A stretch of DNA of 64,000 nt from Chiloscyllium plagiosum (lineage: Eukaryota). Positions 50,301 through 62,430 of the stretch are shown here, piece after piece. A model generated the notes under the pieces. It saw only the letters and a program-made list of their open reading frames with translations, ran no database searches and was not told the origin of the DNA. Both the position numbers and the translations under genes were made by a program. The stretch covers positions 59,044,838 to 59,108,837 of the forward strand of contig NC_057718.1 in assembly GCF_004010195.1 (NCBI RefSeq), given 5' to 3'. How positions within the stretch are numbered: position 1 is the first letter of the stretch; every line of letters starts with the position of its first letter.

Positions 50301-51877
50301 ATCCAAAATCTTCTTGTCAATTTTCAATCTTCATAAGTACTTTTTTAAAAGGGAGATATGGTAGCCAGTGAGATGTAGCAGCAACTTTCACCACATTACA
50401 TATTCCGAATTGACTTGCAAGTGATATTTTGTTTAGCTGGCTAGAAAACTCTTTGCAAGTTACTACTTTTGTAATCAACATCTTCTGTGTTGAGTAATGA
50501 ACGTTTCGCAGACGCTCCAATTCCATATAAGGCCATCCCTAATTTCTGAATTATGAATTTGTGAGATCAGCTTTGTTATTTGATCAATTTGTGATTATCG
50601 AGGAAAATATTTAAATACAAGCAACATAGATTAATATAGTCAAATAGATAATTTTAAAAACCTGAAGCATTTCAGGTGAGCAATGGACTATATGCTTTTC
50701 TTAATTTGGATGCAGGTGCAGTAAGAGGTGCATGCAAAGTTCAAAACTTTATGGAAAGTCTAAGCTGATGTTGTAAACCTCTGGAAATTTAGAATCCTAT
50801 AGTAACTGCATGAACCTAACCAAATTCAGCCATGGGTGCTCAATAGGTATTTAATCTTATTAGTAAAAGCGGGGATTGCTTTAATTTTTGTATATTGGCT
50901 GTTTTTGGAAATGGATACTTCTAGTCCATGGAACACCTGAAGTGAGTAAGAAAGAACTATTGAACAATATGTTTCCTACGCAGTGATATATTCTTTGCAT
51001 TATGGTCACATGCTGATAAATCTCATTGGTTAAAAGAGCTTTCTGGTTTTCCTTGACTCCTAATTATAATGAGTTGATATTGCTCCCTGCTGCAATTGAA
51101 TGCTGTATGAAAAGGAATCCAAGAATAAAATTTGACAACAGGACCTATAATTGAAAAATTAGCAAAAGTCTTTTGTAAAATAAAACTAAGATTGCTGAAA
51201 ATGTGAGCAAATTGTTTAAATTCCTTTAAAAGGTTAAATTTATTGCATGTAACTTAAATGAATTATTAAGTCTGATTAATGGCTGGTGATTTGCTTTGAA
51301 GGTTTTGCCAAAGGGACTTGCTCCTAAGTGGCCCAAGTTCACCCAAATTGGAAAACATTTTTCTTCTTTTCCCTTTCCCCTCTGTTGTGTAATGCCTCAT
51401 CAGAAGGCTCAGCCAAGAATACTTGGGACAGTTGCAAATCTAAGTCTGTGAATTATTTCATAGTATGAAACACATTGTGAAAAAGTGCTGTGTTTTGATC
51501 AGTAATTTGTATATTTTTAAAGTATGCTGTCTGGCTTCACTCGAACTTGCACAATTACTCAGCTATAAAGCTGAAGATGGCCACATTAAAAATAAACTCT
51601 CTTACCTATTTCATGGCAAAGAGTATTGCAACTTACAGAATTAACCTCCTTGGAATTGGAATCATCCCTTGTGATTTTCCACACTTGACTTACCCATGAG
51701 TACGTAGCTTTGTTTAATAGGAAGGCAATGCTGCATGCACAACTTGGGCAACTTACTAAAGCAATTATAGTGGAGCAGTCATTGAAAATGAATTTATTTT
51801 GTCTTGCGTAATTCAGTTTTTCACCAAATGTCTGTTACTCTTTAACTTGTCATCACGATACCTACTAAAACTATAAT

Positions 51878-52080
51878 AAAGCAGAAAATACTGGAAATAT
51901 TTTGCAAGTCTGGCAACATCTGTGGAAAGAAAAAACAAAGTTAGCATTTCTGATCTGATGGAACGTCATAGACATGAAATGTTAACTTTGTTTTTCTCTC
52001 CAAAGATTCTGTCAGACCTGAGTATTTCCAGCATTTTTGATTTTTCCTTTAAATTTGTAGCATCTGCAGTATTTTGATTT
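51878..52080. mobile_element. Old palindromic Penelope-related repeat
   Basis: Inverted arms aaaatactggaaata..catctgtggaaagaaaaaacaaagttagcattt / aaatgttaactttgtttttctctccaaagat..tatttccagcatttt. Confidence 0.65.
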
Positions 52081-52705
52081 CTTTTTTTGTCTCCTTAAAT
52101 TGTAGTAATTTATTGAAACATTTCTTTTACTCATGCAATGTTCTCAAATTATGTTAATTTGAGTAAAATATTGAAATCTTGGGCTGATGTAACTTCACTT
52201 CAGCCTCATGGTGAATTTTTGAGTTGAAACTATATTGGTTAAGATAAATGTATTGATGGTATGGGACTGTTAAGCGAGAGTAGCAGTGTAAAGTGGACGT
52301 ACTCATGAAAAGAAAAGTTAATCAAGCTCTCAATTTTGCCCTCTTTTACATCTCCCTTTTTAAAAATTTCAATAGAAGATTGACTGGAGGTAAAAATTAG
52401 GGATGTGAAATGGATGGTCAATTTCATTCTACCAGTTTTACACTCTAGCACAAAGTCTAGACCTTTATGACTGATTAATGTCCCATTGTAATTTCTCCAT
52501 GTTGTATATCATTAAAAAAAGGGCTGAAATTTACAGCAGGCTTCAAGATCCTGCAGTTGAGCTTAAAAGTGGGTCCCTAGCTTGGAGACTCGACCATTAT
52601 CTCCTAAAAGGCCACCTGTAAAATTGAGCTCTTCCAAAATTCGACTTCCTATCAGCCTGTTGATTTGCATTGGCTCCCAGTCTGGTTTGACTTTAAAGAT
52701 TTTCA

Positions 52706-52940
52706 GTGTCAAGATTAGAGTGGTGCTGGAAAAGCACAGCAGGTCAGGCAGCATTGGAGAAGTAGGAAAAATTGACGTTTAGGGCAAAAGCCCTTCATCA
52801 GGAATTCATTTCCTGATGAAGGGCTTTTGCCTGATAGGTCGATTTTTCTTGCTTCTCGGATGCTGCCTAACCTGCTGTGCTTTTCCAGCACCACTCTAAT
52901 CTTGATTCTGATTTCCAGCATCTGCAGTACCCACTTCTGC
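52706..52940. mobile_element. Palindromic Penelope-derived element with two back-to-back hammerhead cores, 15-bp TSD
   Basis: TSD CTTTAAAGATTTTCA at 52691-52705 and 52941-52955. Inverted arms of about 97 bp (52709-52805 / 52810-52905) meet at a loop of a few bases. Confidence 0.9.
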
Positions 52941-54184
52941 CTTTAAAGATTTTCATCATTCTTTTAAAATCCCTCCATAACTTAGCTCCTCCTTATCTCT
53001 AACCTTGTCCAGCTCTTCACTCTTCAGTGATATGTGCTCTCCTTCAATTCTGGCCTTTTTTGGTCATCCAAAATCTTTAATGCTCCACAATTGCATGAAC
53101 CTTCAACTCCCCTGATTCTAGGTTTTGGAATTCCCTCTCCAAATTTTTTTTGACCTTCTAAACTTTCTGCCTTAAATTTGATTCTTAAAACATCTTGACC
53201 AAGGTTTTGCTAATGTGTCCTGATAACCACCCTGTGAGGTTCAATGTCACAGTTTGTGCTGTAATGTACCTGTAAACAAACGTTGTGGGTTCAAGGCACT
53301 TTATAAATTTAAGTTGGTAGACATGCCACTGTAGTCTTTTTTCAGTTGTGCATTCTTCTTTTTTGAATGTAAACTTCTTCAGTTTGTCACTCATTTCTTT
53401 AGGTTTGATGCCTCATATGAAGTGGGACTGGTTCTGCCAGTTTCTTTTGAGATCTTCTGAAGAATTGCTACAATATTGCTGCAAAGTATGCCATCTAGCA
53501 GCCAAATCAAGAACTGAAGTCACTCAATGAAGGCTGCCAAGTTTGAATGCAGAAACTATCATGTAAGAGCACAAGGAAATGGAGTAGGAGAAGGCCATTT
53601 GGCTTTCGAACCTGCTCTGTCATTGAGCTGAAGCACAACTGCTCAACCTCAGGTCAATATTCCCATAGTATTATTCAGTTCCATTTAGTATCTACTGATC
53701 TCTGACATGAATATACTCAATGAGTGAATATCCATACCTTTGGGATGAGAAGACATTTCTTCGCATAGCTCTAATAGCTAACCCTTTATTTTGGACTGTG
53801 ACTCCTAAGACTCCCTAAGCAATGGATTGTTTGCTTGGAAGTTTAATGTGCTATTATGGGTTTATCATTGAAGGTTTCTATAAAGTTGCTGCTCACCTCA
53901 ACTCTTTGAAGGCAGAAAACAATTTCTATATTTTTCAATAAATTATTCCAACAACGATTGCCTCTGAAGCAAGATCGCTTGCTGAGTCAGTTAAATAGTT
54001 GAAGTACTTTATTGAGAGTTATTAAGAAATTATGGAGTATAACAAAACATAATAATTTCAACTTGTTTACTGCCAGGTCATTCTGTCAACCCAATGCACT
54101 GTAGTTTTGTAATCTATAAAATTTAGGCTGGTATGGTAAATGTGTTGTGGATAATTACTGAAGAATGACTTCTTAATTTTGTAG

Positions 54185-54282
54185 GAAATTGCATTAAGGA
54201 ACAAAAATGACCTGACAGCTCCTCCTCCTCCACAATATTATGCACAGCTTATTAAAGAAATTGAAAGTTTGGGTTGGGATAA
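54185..54282 (+). CDS. FANCL: FANCL coding exon 5 (EIALRNKNDLTAPPPPQYYAQLIKEIESLGWDK), 98 nt
   Basis: Acceptor ttttgtag and donor AA|gtaagt. Contains the characteristic PPPPQ.Y..LI.EI..LGWDK motif of FANCL. Confidence 0.95.
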
Positions 54283-56557
54283 GTAAGTTGCAGTTTCTTT
54301 CAATTCCGTTATTATGATTGAATTCATGCACATTTATAACTAACTATAAAATTTCATTATTATTGTCTGTGTAAAACACTTATTTCTAATTTACTTGCGT
54401 ATATGCTTTTTAAAAGAAATATGTGTGTATATATGTACTGATCTTTGCCATGACAGTTGAACCGATTGATAATGAAAATACAAATGCGAGGAATAGTCCG
54501 GAATATTCTGTGGAGGAAGAATGAGAGTTAAGATGTGAATTTTTCCCAGTTTGAGTGATAAAGGGAAATGGCTGCAAGTTGTGAGACAACTGAGAATGGA
54601 AGATGAGATTCTCAATGTTGAGGATAGAAAAGTCTGACTTCCCTTTTGAGGGTTCAGTTGCAAATTAGAATTGTGCCGGTGAGTGGCAAGAGTTCCATTT
54701 GACTGCAAGAGCTTCTCATTATTATTACACTTCACCTCATTTTTATACAGTTAAGTATTTTCTGAGGTGCCAGTGAAAAGCTTGATGGCATCATACCCTG
54801 ACTTAAAATTCAGAAAAATTACGTAGCAGCTGCAGCTTTTTGGCATCTTTTCTCGCCTCCTTCTTGGCCAGTAATCCCCAATGCCTCAGAGCATGCTCCA
54901 TGGGCAGTGACCACGTGCATCTTTTCTCCATAGAAACCTTGCCCAGCAGAGTACCAGTCTCTTCACCTGATCATGATGATCTCAGATTCCCTTACAATAC
55001 AGTTCAGCCTTCAATAGTATACTTTGGAGCTTATCGACACTTTGCATTTTAGTACTGCTACCAGGCTGCTTTGCACTGCAGAGATACACACCCATCTCAT
55101 GCATCAGAACAGGGTGCATCTCTGAGCTTTTACTTTGCTTTCTTAGCTCACTCAATTTGTGCTTATTTGGATGCCAAAGACATCTCTGGCTTGCATTGCC
55201 TTTTAGAACATTGGTGTTATGTTCGAACTTAGTCTGTTCGTAGTTCTGTCTTGCCTTGGTTTTACTACACACAAAACTGGGAACTGGTATTTGCCAGCAC
55301 TGAAAAGTCAAGTGGGGGCAAGGTAAGTTGCTGTATGCTACTGTGCTATGTCAATGGCTCACCTGTAGTATGCACCTGCAGTTACATTGGCATTCACACT
55401 ACTTCATCAAACAAGCCTTCATTCAGTGAAAAGTGACTGTGGTTAGTTGAGAGTGGTATCACAGTCATTCAAGGGCATTGTCTGGTCTCAGTGCAGGGGT
55501 TGGCCACTCAGCAGTTTGGTATAATGAGGGTTCAGGGAATTTTCTCCTCACACTCTGGTGTCACAATCCGTTTCTAACCAGTCCAGTGACTGGTGGAATG
55601 TCAGTCAGGGAGCTGGATAGAATTCGGTTCAAGAGCTGCCTTCCCAAGTCAGCCAACAAGTTGGACAATAGTCATTCCAGGGGATTTGAGCTTTAATTGT
55701 CAAAGGCTTTATTAGGAGTCAGTTTTATCTTGGGGAAATTGGAGAGCTTGAGTTTGTGGATTGGAAACATTGTGGCGGGGTGAAGAAAGGGCAATTACAG
55801 TGAATGGGAGCAATCCTTGACATAAGGGTTCAATAGCTGCCACTACTCTTGATTCAATGAGGATATCACTAGATCATGCTGTTGAGTGTGGTTGTGTAAT
55901 TGCTCTGGGGGCCAGGGGAATATTGGTGATGACCAGTTAAATAGGAGAATTTGAGAACACAGAAAGCTCACAGCTAATAGAGTTGAAAGGACTGCAATGC
56001 AAAAATAAGATGATGATTGGGCTGGGCAACTAGATTAACAGATGGAGTGTGACATTACTTGTGCTGCATGTATCTGAATAAGGCCTAATATGTTAGAGGT
56101 GTGTGTGGAAGCTTTCAGTGACTTCCATGTCCTGTTGTATCAAGGCTGATGTTAAAGTCGACTGCAATTGCTGACTTGTTGCATTCATTCATTGTAACTG
56201 CCTTAATGGATCCAGCCACAGCAGGTGTTGGCATCGCTATGGCCAAAGTGGAATGAAGGAGCAGAGAAATTGAGGAAGAGCAAAGCATCAGCAAACGCAG
56301 GGCCGTCAGCAACCTCTAGTGGTTGCTGAGCAGCCTTAACATCAAGAAGATCCCTTTAGGTAGCAGGGGAGATTCCAGAGGATGAGATTAACAGACTTTG
56401 CTGTCATATCCTCCAGATGAGTGGCACTACTGAATGAGGTTTAGGGAGACAATTACTGAGTTGTGACATCTGCTGGAACAGAACTTGTGACCTGAAGGAG
56501 TAGTGGCCAAACTATCCCAGTACTTGTTAAGTGGACACTTATGATTACGTTTTTGGA

Positions 56558-56792
56558 AAGACAAATGTTGCGGATGCTGAAAGTTTGAAGCAAACACCGA
56601 TTTGCTGGGGAAACACAGGAGATCAAGCAGCATCTATGAAGAGAGAAACAAAGTTAATATTTCAATTCTGTAATGATTCTTCAGAACTCACCCAGTCTGA
56701 AACATTGTGATTCTGGATGTTTGAACATTAACTGTTTCTCTCCACAGATACTGTCACACATGCTGATTCTCTCCAATGTTTTGTGTTTGTTA
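56558..56792. mobile_element. Old palindromic Penelope-related repeat
   Basis: Arms gcagcatctatgaagagagaaacaaagttaatatttca / tgaacattaactgtttctctccacagatactg. Confidence 0.6.
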
Positions 56793-57007
56793 TTAAATTT
56801 AATGTGATGGACTGCTTCCAAGGATCCACTGTGTGGGATCTTTTCAAGCCTCAACCCACGAACACAATTTGTGCAAAATCAAATTGCTTCATCTTGTTTC
56901 CCTGTGATGAGGTCATTGTGACACCCTGGGCTGTAGTCTTTGCTAACATTGCTGTCTTGCCCATGCAGGGCACTATAGACTTTACACTGAGAACCATATC
57001 ATATTGT

Positions 57008-57312
57008 GGGTGGCATGGTGGCTCAGTGGCTAGCACTGCTGCCTCATAGCTTCAGAGACCTGGGTTCGATTCCAGCTCTGGCAAATATCTGTGTGGAGTT
57101 TGCCCATTCTCCCCGTGTCTGCGTGGTTTTCCTCCCACAGTCCAAAGATGTGTAGGTAAGGTGAATTGGCCATGCTCAATTGCCCATACTGGTAGGTACG
57201 TTAGTCAGGGGTAAATGTAGGAGAATGGGTCTGGATGGTACTCTTCAGAGGGGCGGTGTGGACTTGTTGGGCCGAAGTGCCTGTTTCCATACTGTAGGGA
57301 ATCCTAATCTAA
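57008..57312 (+). mobile_element. V-SINE (HE1-like)
   Basis: A box tggctcagtgg, B box ggttcgattcc, V core and taatctaa tail. Confidence 0.88.
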
Positions 57313-57682
57313 ATAAGGCAGTAATTTCTTCATTTCCCAAATGGAAACATTTCCTATTGGCATCCAAAGCATCTATCCTCATTACTTTCACACCTTGGAT
57401 ACCTTTGCCAGAAACTTTGGAAACTGCCATGATGTCTATATCCTTTAACTGTTGGGTTCCTGCTTCATGCCAAGGACCAGATACCTTGCCAGGATGGTTC
57501 TGGTATACCGGAGCTACCTTCAACTCCTGTGGCCAATATCTATATTACACAACACCCTGACCAAGACCAAATGTAATGCATTCTCCTATCTGGTCTGTTG
57601 TAATAGACTGCCTCAAAGCGAGTTTCCAATGCTCTGGGGCATTCTTGCATTATATTCTGATTGAGTGGATTTTTAAAAAATA

Positions 57683-57920
57683 TGTTTGTTTGTGGGATAT
57701 GGGCATCACTGGTTGACCAGCGTTTATTGCCCATCCCTACTTGGTGGTGAGCTGCCTTTTTGAACTGCTGCAGTCCACCTTCTGTGGCTTCACCCACGAT
57801 GCAATTAGAGAGAGAATTCCAGGATATTAACTGAGTGACAGTGAAGAAACGGTGATATATTTCCAAGTCTGGATGGTGAGTGGCTTGGAGGAGAACTTGA
57901 ATGTGGTATTACTTCCATGT
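57683..57920 (-). mobile_element. LINE 3' fragment (CR1/L2 group)
   Basis: Minus-strand peptide FFTVTQLISWNSLSN.IVG....GLQQFKKAAHH. A related + strand piece lies at about 62700-62790. Confidence 0.6.
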
Positions 57921-58531
57921 AATCACATAATCCTTGCATGCTGAGCTCAGCACAACTAGAACAGACAAGGAGGAAAGGTGATGAAAATTGAAGAGCTGGG
58001 AGAGCTGCAATAGTTTTCCAAGGTGGAAGATGAGGATGTTGAGAAGAAGGAATATCACCTTCAGCATGATGGAGTGCATCTACATTTTCTTGTACGGATC
58101 CAAATGAGTCTATAGTCTTCTTAATCCCAACTTCAATGGTGAGAGTTCTAAATTTTCACCATAGTTTCTGTCCAAAAAAATGCTTTTTGATTGTTATAAA
58201 CTAGATGGTAACTGTTTCTGAACAGAGCCCAAGTTAACCATACTATGTAAATTCTAACTCCACTGATTATAAATTCTCCAAATTGATACAAGTTCACACC
58301 TAATTAAACTCTCTTTAATATACCCAGCACCTGCCTCCTGTTCTGTTGGGTCTCGTGCATCTCTTCTAACCATGGGTTAGATGGTAACAGTTCTTTTTCA
58401 TTATGTTTGTCTATATTGTCTAAAAACAAATGCTCCTGTTTTCTTTCTTTGAATTAAAGTTCCAATCGTCCTATCTCCAGTACATCCAACTGTTTCTTTG
58501 AGCTTGACCCTTTCTTTGTAAAACAAATTAT

Positions 58532-58867
58532 GGGTGGCACAGTTGCTCAGCAGTTAGCACTGTTGCCTCACAGCACCAGGGATCTGGAGTCGATTTCCCC
58601 CCTTGGTCAACTGTCTTTGTGGAGTTTGTATATTCTCCCAGTGTCTGCGTGGGTTTCCACTGGGTGCTCCAGTTTCCTTCCACAATCCAAAGATATGCAG
58701 GTCAGTTGAATTGGCCATGCTAAATTGCCATGTTAAGTGTATTAGTCAGGGGTAAATATAGAGTAAACGGAATGGGTCTGAGTGGGCTATTCTTCAGAGG
58801 GTTGGTGTGGACTTGTTGGGCTGAAGGGCCAGTTTCCATATTGTAGGGAAACTAATCTAATCCAATC
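58532..58867 (+). mobile_element. V-SINE (HE1-like)
   Basis: Colinear with 57008-57312 and 1698-2001. Confidence 0.88.
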
Positions 58868-58989
58868 ACATAGCTGGACACTGCTATCCATCTATTTCAG
58901 TTTGGAAATTTATCCATTTTTCAGTTCTGTTTTAAAACTGCAGCATTTACCTCAGTCTTTTTCCATTCGTACATTTTGTTGAGTATACA

Positions 58990-61900
58990 TTATCTCATAG
59001 TGATTTATTATAAGTGTAACACTCAACGGGTATTGATGCTGAAACCTCTTTTTTGAAATTTCATCCAGTAGTTTCATCAAGAAAGAAGCCTCATCAAGAA
59101 TGGGAGTTTCTGCTATTAAGGCATTTTTTACTACTCTGCTGATCCTTCTTGCCTCCCAAGCCAAAGAGTCAAATTTACCACCTTTCCCTTAAGAAAAATC
59201 AGAGATTTGCCTGTACTGGAGAATCCATCACAGATTTACCTAAGAGGCATCACTAAAGCCAACAAGTTTTATGTTTGTGGTATCTCCCAATGCTGGAAAC
59301 TTGATAACACCATTTATGCTCTATTTTAAATTTTCTTAGTGTTTTGTTCACCAAATAATATCTTCCATCTTGGGTCTTCTTGTTGTACTCAACTCTAATT
59401 CTTCAGAACTGGCATCTCGCTTGAGTGCCCAACTAATTCAGCTGTCTAATTGTAATTCCTTTATTTTAGTTTTGAATGCTGCTGCATGTTTTTGTGAGAT
59501 CCTACTTTGACTAATAACAATGGAGTTAACATTTTTTCAAATAAGAATGCTATACAGAGTGATATTCAATTCATGCTACCTGATTTCAAAGCTTAAAAGC
59601 CTTAGCATACTGAATTCCAATTTTGAATTCTGCTTTAAGCCCATTTTTGACAATGTTTTCAAATTTACTGCTCAAAAAATTATCTGTGTGTATATTAAAG
59701 ATGCTTGAAAGCTAACCCTTAGTATCAATAAGACACGGAAGTTTAACTGAAAACAACACAATTTTACTAATACAGATCTTCCTGAGGAATACCAAAATCT
59801 GCAGGCATCATTTAGGCCATATCCATATGTATTTAAAACCCGGATTGTCCCATTGCATCTGATGCCTCTTGGAGGATGAAGAAACTCTTCCCTCTTGAGC
59901 TGATCTCCCTGCGGAACTGCAGCTATAATATTAATTGATTTACACTCCCAAGCATTTGTTGCTAACAAAGCCAAGAAAATTTTCAAAATTGATAGTGAAT
60001 TTACTGATATCGAGGTCCCCAATATTCTTCAAAATCTTGTGCCACTAGACTTGCATTAACTTTGTATGTTCCATCAGGGGACACTTTTGTTGTGCATATA
60101 CTGAGCTGGTTGTCCCTTATTTGTTAGTGTTATTACCCCAAATTCTCTTCAGCTTTTTAATTCTTGTTGTTTGACATCATGTATTGACTTGACTTCTGGA
60201 TCGTTTACGAACCACATGAGCTTCTGCTCCTGATGGCGTTCCTGGTTGGTACTATATTTCTTAACCTTGTTATACTGTGCCCTCTATCTTGCTGCTGTTT
60301 TTCTTTGTCCTCCTTTTAATATGAGTTTTTTCAATGGTCATAATATTTTTCTAGAGGCATGTTTCCTTCCAGATCTACTGTTTGAGCTTACAAACTCACT
60401 GTTTGAGTTTTATTACCTTTTTAATTTCTGTACTTCTTCATCCATAGACCTAACCTGTTCCTTCTCACCCAACTTTTATATTTTCCATGCTCATATTTAT
60501 TCATATTTCTCCATTGTATTGCCCCTTCTGGTAAATATTGTATGTCGATACTCACTTTTGGAGATGTACTTTGGAGCCAATAACCTCCTATTTACCATCA
60601 GAATTGATCTGTTTATCATTGGACAAGCTGTCTGTTGTGGTATTTTGATGCTTATTGCTGTGTAACATTTGGATTTGGGAGATTTCAATCTACAAAGTTG
60701 TAATCCATATCAAACAACCTTGGAGAGTATATTTGAACAGTTGCATTCCTATACTGTAACATTATTATTCCACTTTCAACAGTAACCTTCCTGGGCTTCT
60801 CCAGTCTTTAGGCCTCGCTTCTTATTACAAACCATACCCTGCTGATCGAAGCTGGTTTCCAACGGCCTTACATTGTGTCTTAAGGCTTTCTGAATTCTTT
60901 CTAAGACTGGAGCTTACTGAAAGCCTTTCAGCCTGCATGCAATACAATCAAATGCTCAGAGAAAGTTGAGTCAATTATAGCCCCTGCCCAAGCTATAATT
61001 GATCACTTATTACTGAGAACCTTAGGATTCCTTTCAAAATTTAACTGATATGGGCTTTATTATCCTATCATCTTCAAGAAATTCTTAGCACGGGCAACCC
61101 ACATGGTACAGGTGATAATTTACATTTTGGATGATTCACCAAAATGTTATGAACTATTTTGTCTGTTACTGCATGGTTCCTTTAACATAACCTATTGTTA
61201 AATGGTTTTTTTTGCTGCCATATTCATAATTATGTTAATATTTGTGTATACATATATAAACTCACCATTAGCCAATTCATTTCACAAATAGTCTACTTAA
61301 TTTTAACACATTTCACTTTATCTTCTAATTTACTACACCTGATATCAACGACACTTTTTAACTTCTTTAGTGAAGAGGATATATTGCAATCAGGATCCCT
61401 TTAATGGATTACCTGTAACTTCAAACAACAATGATTTTGTCATTCTCCATATCCAGCTTCATTTGTGCTTGCTTCATTTGTGGCCTATATAATAACAATG
61501 GTACTTCACTGGACACTACATCAGTGCTAATAAAATGATTGATTCCCCTATCTTACAAGGAATAACCATTATTTTCAAAGATTTAGTGTCTTGTCATCCC
61601 CAAATCTGATGGAACTCTCAAATTCCCTAACTTTGTCTCTATCCTTATTACTTGGAGATTCTAGGTAGCATTTTAGCCAGACTATTTGACACACTGTAGA
61701 CATGTATCCAGTGTGTAATACTGCACAATTGAAAGACTCTGCCACCAACACATTAATCACTAGGATCACATTAATCTCGTCAATACTACAATGGTTTTTC
61801 TTTGATTTGTATGTCCATTGTTCTCTGAAGCTTCCCTTTCATGCTTAGTTTGGATTACCGTGTTGTACCATTGGGACAGTTCATGACATTAATAATTTGG

Positions 61901-62430
61901 ATTGCACTTGAAACATTGGCTACACTCTAAGCATTTCTGAGGTTCATTCTCCTATTGTAAATCACAAATTCACTTCACTACTCAAAATGATCAATTATCA
62001 AATTATCAATAACATTTCTGTCCTCACTTTCCATGAGTTTCAGTTCTTATTTTGGCTACCTGTGACTTGTATGTAGACAGTTTTAACATTGCACCCTCCA
62101 TTTCCTGTCATTTCACAGATTTTTCTTTTTGTTCTGTGGACACTTAACATATTTCTCAGAATTTTTTTTAATGCATCCAGCATTTCTTCGAGCAGCGTAT
62201 GTCTATTCACAAATTTAACTCCTGTCAAACTGAGAAGTCTGCCCATACTTGTTAATTTGGCGCAAAAACACAACTCCTGCCAGCAGAGATTGGGGAATTT
62301 CCAGTGAAATCTCTGCAATCTTGATTTCTGCATTCTTCTAAATGGAATTTCTGCAATCTGCTGAATTCTATTATGTGTACTACCCCAAGTCTTTCAAAAT
62401 CTGTCAAAGTCTGACCATAAGTAGTCAATA
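58990..62430 (-). mobile_element. Highly decayed Ty1/Copia LTR retrotransposon (GalEa-like) internal region
   Basis: Minus-strand fragments in Copia order: gag-like (about 62150-62420), protease (AESFNCAVLHTGYMSTVCQIVWLKCYLES, about 61650-61750), integrase (ELANGE; NRLC*RNHAV.DKIV..IL, about 61080-61280), RT (ASLVAQDFEE; LKIFLALLATNAWECKSINIIAA..QG; YGLNDACRFWY, about 59750-60055) and RNase H (AWEARRISRVVKNALIAET, about 59100-59165). Confidence 0.78.

Noticed and set aside
57008..57075. tRNA gene (A and B boxes; also at 1698, 43345, 58532)
   Set aside because: Continues into V-SINE core and tail, with no cloverleaf or poly-T terminator, so these are SINE heads.
60246..60665. 139-aa hydrophobic + strand ORF as a membrane protein
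   Set aside because: It is the antisense shadow of the A-rich Copia relic and has no splice or start context.
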